Below, one piece after another: positions 30,208 to 40,256 of a stretch of 64,000 nucleotides of DNA. The notes under the pieces were generated by a model, which was not told where the DNA came from, ran no database searches, and saw nothing but the letters and a program-made list of their open reading frames with translations. The DNA lies in the NCBI GenBank assembly GCA_019058245.1, contig JAHPZJ010000028.1:128001-192000 (forward strand), read 5' to 3'. The position numbers were made by a program, and so were the translations under genes. The stretch comes from Promethearchaeota archaeon (lineage in GTDB: Archaea; Asgardarchaeota; Lokiarchaeia; Sigyniarchaeales; SOKP01). How positions within the stretch are numbered: the stretch's first letter is position 1; the number at the start of each line of letters is the position of its first letter.

Positions 30208-32691
30208 ATGAATAACATGACAATGGAAATATTGACTTCTGAAGAAGCAAAAAGTATGAGTATAGATGATATATATTCAAAACTCTCCACAAATGATAGA
30301 GGACTCAGTGAAACTAATGTTAGAAATAGATTAGAAAAATATGGTTATAATGAAATTCCTGAGAAAAAAGTTCGTCCATGGGTTAAATTTCTTAAAAATT
30401 TTTGGGGTCCTATTCCCTGGATGATTGAGGTTGCTGCCATACTTTCTATTATAATACAAGAATGGGATGACTTTGCTATAATTCTTGCGATGCTTTTTAT
30501 TAATAGTATTGTCCGTTTTTGGGAAGAAAATAAAGCAGATAATGCAATAGAATTATTAAAAGAAAAGCTAGCTCTAAAAGCTAAAGTTCTTCGAGATGGA
30601 AAATGGATTGAATTAGAAGCAAAAGAATTAGTTCCAGGAGATATAGTGCATCTGAGGTTGGGAGATATTATACCTGCAGATGTAAAATTGATCGATGGAG
30701 AATATCTCACAGTAGATGAATCTGTTTTAACAGGTGAATCATTGCCAGTTGATAAAAAAATTTCAGATATGGGATATCAAGGGGCGATTATTCAACAAGG
30801 AGAAATGGATGGAGTGGTTATTGGAACAGGATTAAATACTTTTTTTGGAAAAACAACAAAATTAGTTGAAGAGGCAAAAACGGGGAGTCATTTTCAACAA
30901 GCTATTATTAAGATTGGTAATTATCTTATAATTATCGCAGTTATACTTGTAGCAATAGTCTTGGTTGTTGGAATTGTTAGAGCTGAAAGTTTTTTAGTTT
31001 TACTCCAATTTGCACTAGTTTTAGTAGTAGCGGCAATACCTGTAGCTTTACCTGCTGTTATGATGGTCTCAATGGCCGTAGGAGCTATGGAGTTAGCTAA
31101 AAAGAAAGCGATAGTAAGCAAATTGCTTTCAATTGAAGAAGCAGCTAGTGTTGATGTTCTATGCAGCGATAAAACAGGAACTCTTACAAAAAATCAAATA
31201 TCTATAGCTAAAATCATACCATTTAATAATTATTCTGAAAACGATGTAATCCTTTATGGAGGATTAGCATCAAAAGAAGAAAGTAGAGATCCAATTGATG
31301 ACGCATTTTTTGATAAAATAAAGGAGAATATCGGAATTAATTCCATTTTTTCAAATTTTCATTTAATGACCTTCAAACCTTTTAATCCAGTTGAAAAAAG
31401 AACTGAAGCAAAAATTCAAAATAAAAACAATAAAGTAATTCTAGTTTCAAAAGGTGCAATTCAAGTTATTTTATCCTTAGTAAAAGGAGATCAATCCCTT
31501 CAAAACAGAGTTAATAACCTGGGTAAAGATTTTGCATCAGAGGGATATCGAGCACTAGGTGTAGCAATCTCTAAAGATGAAAGTACATGGGAATATATTG
31601 GAATTGTAGCACTTCACGATCCCCCAAGAGAAGATTCATTTGATACTATAAAAACGGCAAGATCATTAGGAATAAATGTTAAAATGGTAACCGGTGATCA
31701 TATAGAAATTGCAAAACAGATAGCAGGAAATTTAGGAATTGGAACCAATATTGTGGTATCTTCAGATATTATAGGTAAAGATGATCCTAAAACAATAAGT
31801 TTGGTTGAGAATGCTGATGGATTTGCAGAAGTATATCCTGAACATAAATATCATATTGTAGAGCTTTTACAAGATAAAGATCATGTTGTTGGAATGACGG
31901 GAGATGGGGTAAATGATGCTCCTGCTTTAAAAAAAGCAGATATTGGTATAGCTGTTTCTAATGCAACAGATGCCGCAAAATCCGCAGCTGATATAGTATT
32001 GACCGATCCAGGTATCTCAGTGATTATAAATGCCACAAAAGAAAGTCGATCGATATTTGAAAGAATGAAAAGTTATGCTGTATATAGAATCGCTGAAACT
32101 GTTCGAGTTCTTATTTTTTTAGTCCTCTCTATTACAATTTTTGCCTTTTACCCAATTACAGCTGTTATGATCGTGATCTTAGCATTATTAAATGATATAC
32201 CCATAATGACTATTGCTTTTGATAATACAAGAATAGCTCCAGAACCCGTTAGATGGAGAATGCAAAGAGTTTTGATTTTATCATCTGTTTTAGGCCTCGC
32301 TGGAGTTGCCTTCAGTTTTACTATATTAATTATCGGAAAATTTGTATTTCTACTTAGTACTGCGACTCTTCAGACATTTATATTCTTGAAATTAACAGTA
32401 GCGGGTCATATGACAATCTATCTGACTAGAACAGATGAAGATAACTTTTGGAAACGACCTTTTCCCTCAAAAATCCTCTTAATTGCCTGTGAATCAACTC
32501 AAGTGGTTGCTACAATAATTGCTGCTGTAGGTCTAGGTAATTTAATGTCACCAATCGGTTGGGCTTTGGCAGGCTTTATTTGGTTGTTTGCTTTTATTGC
32601 ATTTGTTGGCAATAACTTTCTAAAGGTTGGAACGTTAAAATTGTTGAATAGAAGATCTGCTAAAAAAAAAGATTTCAGACTAAAGAATTGA
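30208..32691 (+). CDS. Plasma-membrane-type proton-efflux P-type ATPase (P3A)
   Basis: Motifs LTGES, IPVALP, CSDKTGTLT, KGA, DPPR, MTGDGVNDAPALKKA and LLND in M6 (the P3A proton-binding Asp). Confidence 0.95.
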   Translation: MNNMTMEILTSEEAKSMSIDDIYSKLSTNDRGLSETNVRNRLEKYGYNEIPEKKVRPWVKFLKNFWGPIPWMIEVAAILSIIIQEWDDFAIILAMLFINSIVRFWEENKADNAIELLKEKLALKAKVLRDGKWIELEAKELVPGDIVHLRLGDIIPADVKLIDGEYLTVDESVLTGESLPVDKKISDMGYQGAIIQQGEMDGVVIGTGLNTFFGKTTKLVEEAKTGSHFQQAIIKIGNYLIIIAVILVAIVLVVGIVRAESFLVLLQFALVLVVAAIPVALPAVMMVSMAVGAMELAKKKAIVSKLLSIEEAASVDVLCSDKTGTLTKNQISIAKIIPFNNYSENDVILYGGLASKEESRDPIDDAFFDKIKENIGINSIFSNFHLMTFKPFNPVEKRTEAKIQNKNNKVILVSKGAIQVILSLVKGDQSLQNRVNNLGKDFASEGYRALGVAISKDESTWEYIGIVALHDPPREDSFDTIKTARSLGINVKMVTGDHIEIAKQIAGNLGIGTNIVVSSDIIGKDDPKTISLVENADGFAEVYPEHKYHIVELLQDKDHVVGMTGDGVNDAPALKKADIGIAVSNATDAAKSAADIVLTDPGISVIINATKESRSIFERMKSYAVYRIAETVRVLIFLVLSITIFAFYPITAVMIVILALLNDIPIMTIAFDNTRIAPEPVRWRMQRVLILSSVLGLAGVAFSFTILIIGKFVFLLSTATLQTFIFLKLTVAGHMTIYLTRTDEDNFWKRPFPSKILLIACESTQVVATIIAAVGLGNLMSPIGWALAGFIWLFAFIAFVGNNFLKVGTLKLLNRRSAKKKDFRLKN

Positions 32692-32798
32692 AATTTAGAA
32701 ATTGAAATTTAGAGTTTAATAACACATTTCCTTTTTTTTTATGATTTTTAATCTAAATATGAACTAAATTAATTTTATCTAAAAAAAAAGTTGAAAAA

Positions 32799-33275
32799 TT
32801 ATTTTCTAATAATTAGGATATCACAGGGTACATGTCTTAAAACTTTCTCTGCAACAGAACCAAGTAAGATTTCTTCTAAAATAGAATGAGTACCTTTACT
32901 CCCAATAATAACGAGATCAATATTTTCTTCCTTTACTGTTTTTATAATGTAAGATACTGGTCCATCTGAAAAAACTAACCTACCTTCAATTTGTATTCCT
33001 TCTTCTAAAAAGATTTCTTTAGCTCTATCTATAATAGCTTGAGCATTTAATTCATATACTTCTTTTATTCTTTTTATATCAGGATCTGAAATCCTGTAGA
33101 TATGAGGTATGGCAAATGATGGTGCCATAAACATTCCATTTGGTTCTGCATGATGTTCTACTGAATGAAATACAATCACTTCACAATTACTTGATTTTTG
33201 AATATCTATTGATTTTAATAAAGCCTTATAAGAAAGTTCTGATCCATCAATACCAATTAATATTTTTTTATAGAT
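32799..33275 (-). CDS. Universal stress protein (probable ATC start at 33275)
   Basis: C-terminal DLVIIGSKG...LLGSVAEKVLRHVPCDILII. The in-frame upstream extension (M)YKKILIGIDGS is the canonical USP N-terminus, and AGGTGA lies 6 nt before the ATC. Confidence 0.93.
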   Translation of the reverse strand: MYKKILIGIDGSELSYKALLKSIDIQKSSNCEVIVFHSVEHHAEPNGMFMAPSFAIPHIYRISDPDIKRIKEVYELNAQAIIDRAKEIFLEEGIQIEGRLVFSDGPVSYIIKTVKEENIDLVIIGSKGTHSILEEILLGSVAEKVLRHVPCDILIIRK

Positions 33276-33391
33276 AATAAATCACCTTATTGAACTTTTA
33301 TTACTAAAAACAAATAAACTTCTATTAAAGAATATTGTTTATAATTTTTAAAAAAAACAAAAAATATTTAGTATTATAGAAATGAAATAAA

Positions 33392-34672
33392 TTGATCATG
33401 ATTAATAAAAAAGAATCTCAGGAAAATTCTAGTTTAAACAAAGAAAGATTTCTCAATTATATAAATACTTTTGACTTTCCGAGATTAGCTGGAACTGAAG
33501 GAGAGAAAAAAGCTGTTAATCTAACAATAACAACTTTCAAAGAAAAAGATTTTAATAAGGATCAAATTTTTACCCAAAATTTTGATTTCTCAACATTTTA
33601 TTCAACATCTATGATGAAAATAATCATTCTAATGAATTTAATCTTTATAGCAATTATTTATTTAATAAAATATTTGTATCCCTTTCTAACTTTTTTTTCT
33701 ATCTTGATTTTATTATTAATTTTTTTTTCTATGCTTAAAGTATTAAAACATCCTGAGCTTAAGGGGTTCTGGGAAAAATATTTTGGACATTTCGTTAGTG
33801 CTACAAATGTTTTTGTAAAAATACCTGCTACTAACGTGTCATCTCAAAAAATAGGAAATATAATAGTTTCAGCTCATTTAGATTCGAAATCTCAATCTTT
33901 TAAAACTATATGGAGGGTAATTTTAATTAGAATATGGTTATATAGCGAAATTTTCTTGTTTTTGTTTTATATCTTCTTTTTAATAGATTACCATTTTTAT
34001 GTGCAAATAAATAGAATTTTAGAAATTTTATGGGAAATTTCTATTATTATTGGAACAATTTTGACAGTTGCTTCAAATGTCTTTTTATTATTTCTTAATA
34101 TTAAAAATGATTCACCAGGCTCCTTAGATAACGCTACTGGTATGGCAATTGTATTTGAGTTGAGTTCTTTTTTTAAAAGTAATCCACTTCATAATTTTAA
34201 TTTATGGTTTTGTCAATTTTCAGCAGAAGAGATAGGAACAATGGGTTCTAGAGAATTTTTAGATATGTATGATAAGAAATTTACTAAAAATTATACTTAT
34301 CAAATTAATTTTGATATGGTTTCAATAGCCAATAATAAGAGTAATTTTATAGAATATATCAAATCTTATGGCATTGTTCCAAGGAAAAAAATTTCACCAA
34401 TATTAAGTCAATATTTTATTAATTCAGCTGAAATTGAAAGGGTGAATTATCATGGATTTCATGTTGCTCTTGGTGCCCATACAGATTCAATACCCTTTCA
34501 TTTACGAAAATTTGATTCTATTGATATCACTACGAGAGCTGCAGCAAAATATACCCATAGTGCAGAAGATACTCCAGATAAAGTAGATCCCCAAATTCTC
34601 TTTGAGGTTTATAAGGTTGTTCGATTATTGATACAATCAATTGATAAAGACTATAATAAATTGATTAAATAA
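33392..34672 (+). CDS. Membrane-embedded M28 family metallopeptidase
   Basis: Motifs PRLAGT, SAHLDS, DNATG, AEEIG, NFDM and HS.EDT, with TM pairs inserted in the domain. Confidence 0.88.
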   Translation: MIMINKKESQENSSLNKERFLNYINTFDFPRLAGTEGEKKAVNLTITTFKEKDFNKDQIFTQNFDFSTFYSTSMMKIIILMNLIFIAIIYLIKYLYPFLTFFSILILLLIFFSMLKVLKHPELKGFWEKYFGHFVSATNVFVKIPATNVSSQKIGNIIVSAHLDSKSQSFKTIWRVILIRIWLYSEIFLFLFYIFFLIDYHFYVQINRILEILWEISIIIGTILTVASNVFLLFLNIKNDSPGSLDNATGMAIVFELSSFFKSNPLHNFNLWFCQFSAEEIGTMGSREFLDMYDKKFTKNYTYQINFDMVSIANNKSNFIEYIKSYGIVPRKKISPILSQYFINSAEIERVNYHGFHVALGAHTDSIPFHLRKFDSIDITTRAAAKYTHSAEDTPDKVDPQILFEVYKVVRLLIQSIDKDYNKLIK

Positions 34673-34694
34673 ATCTATATAGTTTAGTTTTTCT

Positions 34695-36434
34695 TTAAAT
34701 GTGAAGTAAACGCACAATAGAGCCAAATCCTAATATCGTTGAGACTACTGAGCCAAAGAATATTTGAACAATTATAAAAGAACTTATCATAACAGAACTG
34801 AATTTATTAGTTCTTTCATAGATAATTGAGTTCATTACCATAACTGCTAAAAATATTAAATAGGTAACAAGCATCCCACTGATAAGAAATAATGTATTGG
34901 AAAAATAAATTAGTATAAAAATATTAATCATTTCCATTAATGATGTAATTATTGTTTTATTCGATGGAGATATTATAAATTTGAGATTAGGATAAATAAT
35001 TTTTCTATAAAAGATCTCCATGGCTAAATAAAATGGATAAATACTAAAAGTTAAAATATATGACAAAAAATTTCTTGGAGAAAAAAATGCGAAAGGATAG
35101 GAAAGTGATAGAGCAATATAAAGTGATAAAAATATAAAAGAGGCAAACAATGAAAACAAAATAACATTTTTGTGAAACTGCGATTTAATTTCGTCTTTCA
35201 ACCTTAATTCTATGTATGTAGCTATTTTTTCACCTTTAACTTCAGCAGTAATTATATATTTTATTATTATATATAGAAAATACAATAAAAGGATAAGAAT
35301 AGGAGTAACAAGCAATCCAAGTATTCCTATCGTTTTTAACATAGATATCCAAAGAGTTAGAAAACCTATAAAGTATAAACAGACTATAATAACACTCTTT
35401 TTATTTGAATTTTTTTTTGTTTTATCACTATTCTTTATTTCATAATCCTTTTTTGAATAATCTTTAATTGAAAAATATTTAAATGAATATTTTATGATTG
35501 ATAAAGTCGTTAAAAATAATCCTATAAAGCTTAAACCTAGTAAAATGTAAGTTATCTGGTAGGATAAGTTAATAGGCCCATTATTTGTTTCGGAATGGAA
35601 AAAATTTAATTCAAACCATTTTATTGTTTCAATAATTACTTCATCTGAAAATAAATAGTGGGGGCCTCCAAATAAATGGTTTTTAATTTCTAATAGTTTA
35701 CAATTTGTTAAGTTTTTCGCGACTAAGGCATTTTTTTCAAAGGGAACTGTTGTATCATAAATGGATTGAATAACCAATAAATTAGTTGGATTATTTTCAT
35801 TAATGATTTTGGTGGGTATAAAATCCATAAATGGATGATCTTCAGTAATTCCAAAATAAGACGCAGAAAAGTTAACTAGACCTGCCCAAGTAACGGTTGT
35901 CTTAAATCTATCATCCATTGCACTATTCATTAAAACCACCATACCCCCTAATGAATGCCCAATTAATCCAATTTGAGATATATTTATCCTTGCAAAAAAA
36001 GACATTTGTGATAACTTATCTAAAAATCTAGAACAATCTTGAGCTATAGCAGGAACATTCGTCTGGTTCATATAAGGATTTGGGTTTATCTCCAAAATGT
36101 GACCCCCACTTTCTCCCTCGCCTCTATAGTCGATACTTGCAACATAAAATCCTCTTTTAGTAAATTCATTGGGTATTCTCGGATCTAAATCTCTTTGACT
36201 ACCTAATCCATGAGCAAAGATTATCAATGGGGATTTTTGCTGAAACTGCAATTTTTTTGTCGGATGGTAAAGATTTGCATAAAGAGTGCTATTATATGAT
36301 TTAAAAGTTATCCTCTCGTAAAATATATAACTTTCAGATCTTAAAGCAAATAAAGAACTTACAGAAATCATAAAAAATATAATTGAAGATATCAAAAACC
36401 AATGATGTTTCCACATTATTTTCTTTTTAATCAT
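34695..36434 (-). CDS. Alpha/beta hydrolase with N-terminal anchor and C-terminal multi-TM domain
   Basis: Motifs HGLG, DYRGEGES and GHSLGG nucleophile elbow, followed by several TM helices. Confidence 0.88.
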   Translation of the reverse strand: MIKKKIMWKHHWFLISSIIFFMISVSSLFALRSESYIFYERITFKSYNSTLYANLYHPTKKLQFQQKSPLIIFAHGLGSQRDLDPRIPNEFTKRGFYVASIDYRGEGESGGHILEINPNPYMNQTNVPAIAQDCSRFLDKLSQMSFFARINISQIGLIGHSLGGMVVLMNSAMDDRFKTTVTWAGLVNFSASYFGITEDHPFMDFIPTKIINENNPTNLLVIQSIYDTTVPFEKNALVAKNLTNCKLLEIKNHLFGGPHYLFSDEVIIETIKWFELNFFHSETNNGPINLSYQITYILLGLSFIGLFLTTLSIIKYSFKYFSIKDYSKKDYEIKNSDKTKKNSNKKSVIIVCLYFIGFLTLWISMLKTIGILGLLVTPILILLLYFLYIIIKYIITAEVKGEKIATYIELRLKDEIKSQFHKNVILFSLFASFIFLSLYIALSLSYPFAFFSPRNFLSYILTFSIYPFYLAMEIFYRKIIYPNLKFIISPSNKTIITSLMEMINIFILIYFSNTLFLISGMLVTYLIFLAVMVMNSIIYERTNKFSSVMISSFIIVQIFFGSVVSTILGFGSIVRLLHI

Positions 36435-36833
36435 ATAATTAATACATCAGGAATTATTGCTATTTTTCTAATTTTATTTATGTTAGATACAATTTAATAA
36501 TCTTTTAGATTAGAATTTAAAAAAAAATAATGCAACTTAAAAAAATTAAATGATTATTTTATAAAAATATCTTTTCTAGTTTAAGAAATTTCAGAATAAA
36601 TATTCATTTATTAATTGAATTTTAGTTTTAATAGAAATAATTCAACAAATTCTCGCTAATCTTATTATTTATTATTTAAATTCTAATTTGAGATTAAAAA
36701 TATAGAACAATTGACCATTTCGTTTATATAATGTTATTATGGCAGTAATTTTCTTTATAATTTGTAAAGAGTATCTTTATCAACCATGTTTTTTCTATAT
36801 TGATCAATAAACGATATTGAGAGAAGCTGATAT

Positions 36834-36893
36834 ATGTTGTATAATAAAATTTTAGTAGCTGTTGAAGAATCAAAGGATGCAATAGATGCGTAG
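36834..36893 (+). pseudogene. Universal stress protein N-terminal remnant
   Basis: ATG at 36834 encodes MLYNKILVAVEESKDAIDA-stop, matching the USP beta1/alpha1 start. The rest of the gene is missing. Confidence 0.55.
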
Positions 36894-36964
36894 AAAATAG
36901 AAGTTATAGTTCTGTTGTTTAATTAAATAATATGAATAAGTATTTAATTGCAAGTATGATTTAA

Positions 36965-38080
36965 ATGAAAATTGGAAAGATAAAAGGAATTGTTATTTCA
37001 TTACATATAAGTACTTTACTCATTATTGGGTTAGTAGGTTTTTATGCTGCTGATTTTTATGCTACTCTAACTCAAGAAAGTAATATTTTTAATTTAATAA
37101 TAGTTGGTTTAATCAATGGGTTAATTATTTTATTTTCAATTCTGATTCATGAGTTAACACATTCTTTAATTGCTCAAAAATATGGGTTAAAAGTTTCAGA
37201 AATTGAATTATATCTATTTGGAGGAGTTTCTAAAATAGAACAAGAGCCTAATAATCCAAAGAGTGAGTTAGTTATTTCTATTTTTGGTCCAATCTCCAGT
37301 TTATTGATTGGTGCTATTTTTTTAGCTACTTTATTTTTAATACCATTCCGTATTAATGCTATTCTTATAGTAACTCTTTTGTATTCTGGAATAACTAATA
37401 TTGGATTAGGAATATTTAATCTGATTCCAGCATATCCTATTGATGGTGGAAGGGTACTACGAGCAATACTATGGAATAAAAGACATGATATGCTTTCTGC
37501 TACGAAAACAGCATCAAAAGTTGGACATTATATTGCATATGGATTAATGGGATATGGATTTATATCAATGCTTTTCTTTGGCTTACTAAATGGTTTATGG
37601 TTAGTAATTATTGCTTCATTTTTAAATAATCAGTCAAGACATGCGTATATTCAAACTTTAAATGAATTTACTTTGTCGAAACTAAGTGTTAAACAGTTGA
37701 TAAGATTTCCCGAAGTTGCAATTCCATTTAACAAAACTGTAAGTGAAGCAATTCAGAATTATTTTATTCCATATAATAAAATATATTTTCCAGTTATACA
37801 GGGAGAAAATATAGTTGGTATTATACATCTTGAAGATATAAAAAGGGTTTCAATAAGTCAGAGGGATGAAATAATTGTAGGGTATTTGATGAAAAAAATA
37901 TCTCAATTCCCAACACTCAGTCAGAATAAAACAGGAAAGGATGCTTTAATAGAATTAAAGAAAATGAAAGATAGACCACATTTAGTAATTATTAAAGATA
38001 ATATTCAAAATAATATTATTGGCTATATAGGCGAAGATGATATTCTAACATCTCTAAAATTTTTTCAAAATAACATTTAG
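36965..38080 (+). CDS. Site-2 protease (M50) with C-terminal CBS pair
   Basis: HELTH zinc motif, FNLIPAYPIDGGR, and CBS-like C-terminus. Confidence 0.95.
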   Translation: MKIGKIKGIVISLHISTLLIIGLVGFYAADFYATLTQESNIFNLIIVGLINGLIILFSILIHELTHSLIAQKYGLKVSEIELYLFGGVSKIEQEPNNPKSELVISIFGPISSLLIGAIFLATLFLIPFRINAILIVTLLYSGITNIGLGIFNLIPAYPIDGGRVLRAILWNKRHDMLSATKTASKVGHYIAYGLMGYGFISMLFFGLLNGLWLVIIASFLNNQSRHAYIQTLNEFTLSKLSVKQLIRFPEVAIPFNKTVSEAIQNYFIPYNKIYFPVIQGENIVGIIHLEDIKRVSISQRDEIIVGYLMKKISQFPTLSQNKTGKDALIELKKMKDRPHLVIIKDNIQNNIIGYIGEDDILTSLKFFQNNI

Positions 38081-38515
38081 AGAAAATAAATTCCTTCCGT
38101 GAGAAAAAATAATTACTCTTTATACTACTAATATGTTTTATAATAAGAATTTATTATTTGAAATGGTTTAACGCTATTTATAACATTCTTAAGATTTTTA
38201 TATTTCTTTCTATAGTTTATAAAAACTACACTAAAAACTTATTTTTCAAATTGTTTCTATATGTAATTCTTCTGGTGTAAAGTAGAGATTTATTAATCTC
38301 AACTGCGAAATTAGTAGTTTGCTAAAACTTTCATATATTGATATCATGTAATTTAATAAAATTTAGATTTATAAGCAATATTAATAAATTTATTAAAAAT
38401 GATAAAAAAAAGAATTTTATTTTTTCAATTTATTAAAAGTAAGCTTATATAGTCATTTCTCTGTTCTACTAATAGAGTTATTTGTTCACAATTAAAAATA
38501 ATGAGGTGAAAAATA

Positions 38516-38953
38516 ATAATAATTTTATTAGATAGAATATCACTCCATGAATATTCAGCCTCTATTACAACTTATAATCTACAGAACGGTGGAACATTTT
38601 CAGCTGATCTTACAGTAATTCTCGTCTTTCTTCTGATTTGGTTTACCTGTGGATCAATTTTAGCATATTGGGTAAAAAGTGATATGAGAAAGAGAAATCT
38701 AGAAAATAGCTATATGATTTTCTTAATTGTATTAACTAGTTTAATTGGGTTTACATTTTATATAATCTCCACTCGTGGTGATAATGAAGTAGAATTTTTG
38801 GAACAAGTTGAGAATTTCCCGGATATTGATGAATTTATTAAAGATGAGTTAGAAATAGAATTTCAAGATGAAATTGAAGAAATTAACGAAGAAGAACTTG
38901 AAGATATTATTGAAACAATTATAGAAGTTCCTGAAATTAGAATATTATACTAA
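38516..38953 (+). CDS. Small membrane protein with acidic C-terminal tail (probable ATA start near 38516; ORF track starts at 38684)
   Basis: The frame is open from 38510 and adds a TM helix (VILVFLLIWFTCGSILAYWVKSDMRKR, PLDc_N-like). GAGGTGA at 38503-38509 precedes ATA codons. Confidence 0.65.
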   Translation: MIILLDRISLHEYSASITTYNLQNGGTFSADLTVILVFLLIWFTCGSILAYWVKSDMRKRNLENSYMIFLIVLTSLIGFTFYIISTRGDNEVEFLEQVENFPDIDEFIKDELEIEFQDEIEEINEEELEDIIETIIEVPEIRILY

Positions 38954-38977
38954 ATCATAAAATACAATAGATTTAAA

Positions 38978-40219
38978 TTAAACTTTATAATTTATTACTG
39001 TTTTTTTTAATAATTTTATGTAATCCATTAGATGTCGTGTCATTAAAAAATTATTTTTAACATGCTCTCTTCCTGCTTTTCCTATTTTTTCAGCTAGATT
39101 AGGATTTTCTAATAATTTCAAAACGCTCTCGGCACATTCTTCTATATTATTTACTAAATATCCCGTTTTACCATCAATAATTTGTTGTGGGATGCCTCCT
39201 ACATTTCCTCCTACAACTGGTGTGCCTTTCCATAAGGCTTCACTAACAGTTAAAGCAAAGCCTTCTCTAATTGATTTTTGAATAACAACCTTTGAGATTG
39301 TTTGCAGCGTATTTACTAGTAAACTACTTTCAGCAGTACTTATAATGATATCTGGTTCATTTTTAATATGTTTTAATAATTCCTCATAAATTTTTTGTCC
39401 CTCTGGATCATCTTGAGCCATATTCCCTAACAATATCAATTTACAATCGAATTCTTTTTTTATTATTTTAAATGCTTTTACTACTCCAATAGGGTCTTTC
39501 CATTTATCAAATCTGGAAATTTGAGTAATTATAGGTTTATCATTTTTAATGCCATACTTTCTAAGATAATGAGTAAGTCTTTTTTGACTTAATTTCTTAT
39601 TCTTATCATTAAAAGGATTAATAGAGGGCATTATAATTTCCTGAGGTAGATTAACAATTTGTTTGTATTTTTCTTCAGATACAATCATTGCATCATATTT
39701 ATTAATGAATTTTGAGATAAAATTCCAAACAATTGGATTTCTATTACTAAGATCTATATGGCATCTCCAAATCCAAGGTTGTCTTTTTCTATAAAAATTA
39801 ATAATTGGTAATGGTTGTGGGTCATGGATTATTACACAATCTTTATCACTTAATTGATTAAAAATGGAATTTCTTCGATTAACTTCAAGATATATTCTTT
39901 TTCTCTTACCTGATAGACTTTTTTCAGCACCTTGTAAAGCATTGTGAATTATTTTTGTTGTTGTAAAGAATTCTGGACTTCCTTTAATTTGATGCCATTC
40001 TGTATCAATCCCTAATTCATTCATCATTATTATCAAATCATTTAATATTTCAACGACACCACCACCATATAAAGTAGAATTTACATGAACAATTTTTTTA
40101 TTAAATAGAGGTTTAGATTCCTCGATTAAATCATTAATATAATCAAAACCAACTATTTGAGAGAATTGTTTTAATAGTATTTCATTTCCATTAAATTTCT
40201 CTAAATTTTTTGAATACAT
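38978..40219 (-). CDS. treT: Trehalose synthase (glycosyl-transferring), GT4
   Basis: Motifs HVNSTLYGGGVVEIL, IHDPQP, WRCHID, SRFDKWKD and EGFALTVSEALWKG. Confidence 0.93.
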   Translation of the reverse strand: MYSKNLEKFNGNEILLKQFSQIVGFDYINDLIEESKPLFNKKIVHVNSTLYGGGVVEILNDLIIMMNELGIDTEWHQIKGSPEFFTTTKIIHNALQGAEKSLSGKRKRIYLEVNRRNSIFNQLSDKDCVIIHDPQPLPIINFYRKRQPWIWRCHIDLSNRNPIVWNFISKFINKYDAMIVSEEKYKQIVNLPQEIIMPSINPFNDKNKKLSQKRLTHYLRKYGIKNDKPIITQISRFDKWKDPIGVVKAFKIIKKEFDCKLILLGNMAQDDPEGQKIYEELLKHIKNEPDIIISTAESSLLVNTLQTISKVVIQKSIREGFALTVSEALWKGTPVVGGNVGGIPQQIIDGKTGYLVNNIEECAESVLKLLENPNLAEKIGKAGREHVKNNFLMTRHLMDYIKLLKKTVINYKV

Positions 40220-40256
40220 ACACTTTTACCCAAATTTTATTCATATTATTATTTTA

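Noticed and set aside
38281-38310. Hairpin GAGATT-TATT-AATCTC as a possible tRNA fragment
   Set aside because: No acceptor stem, D loop or T-psi-C motif around it.
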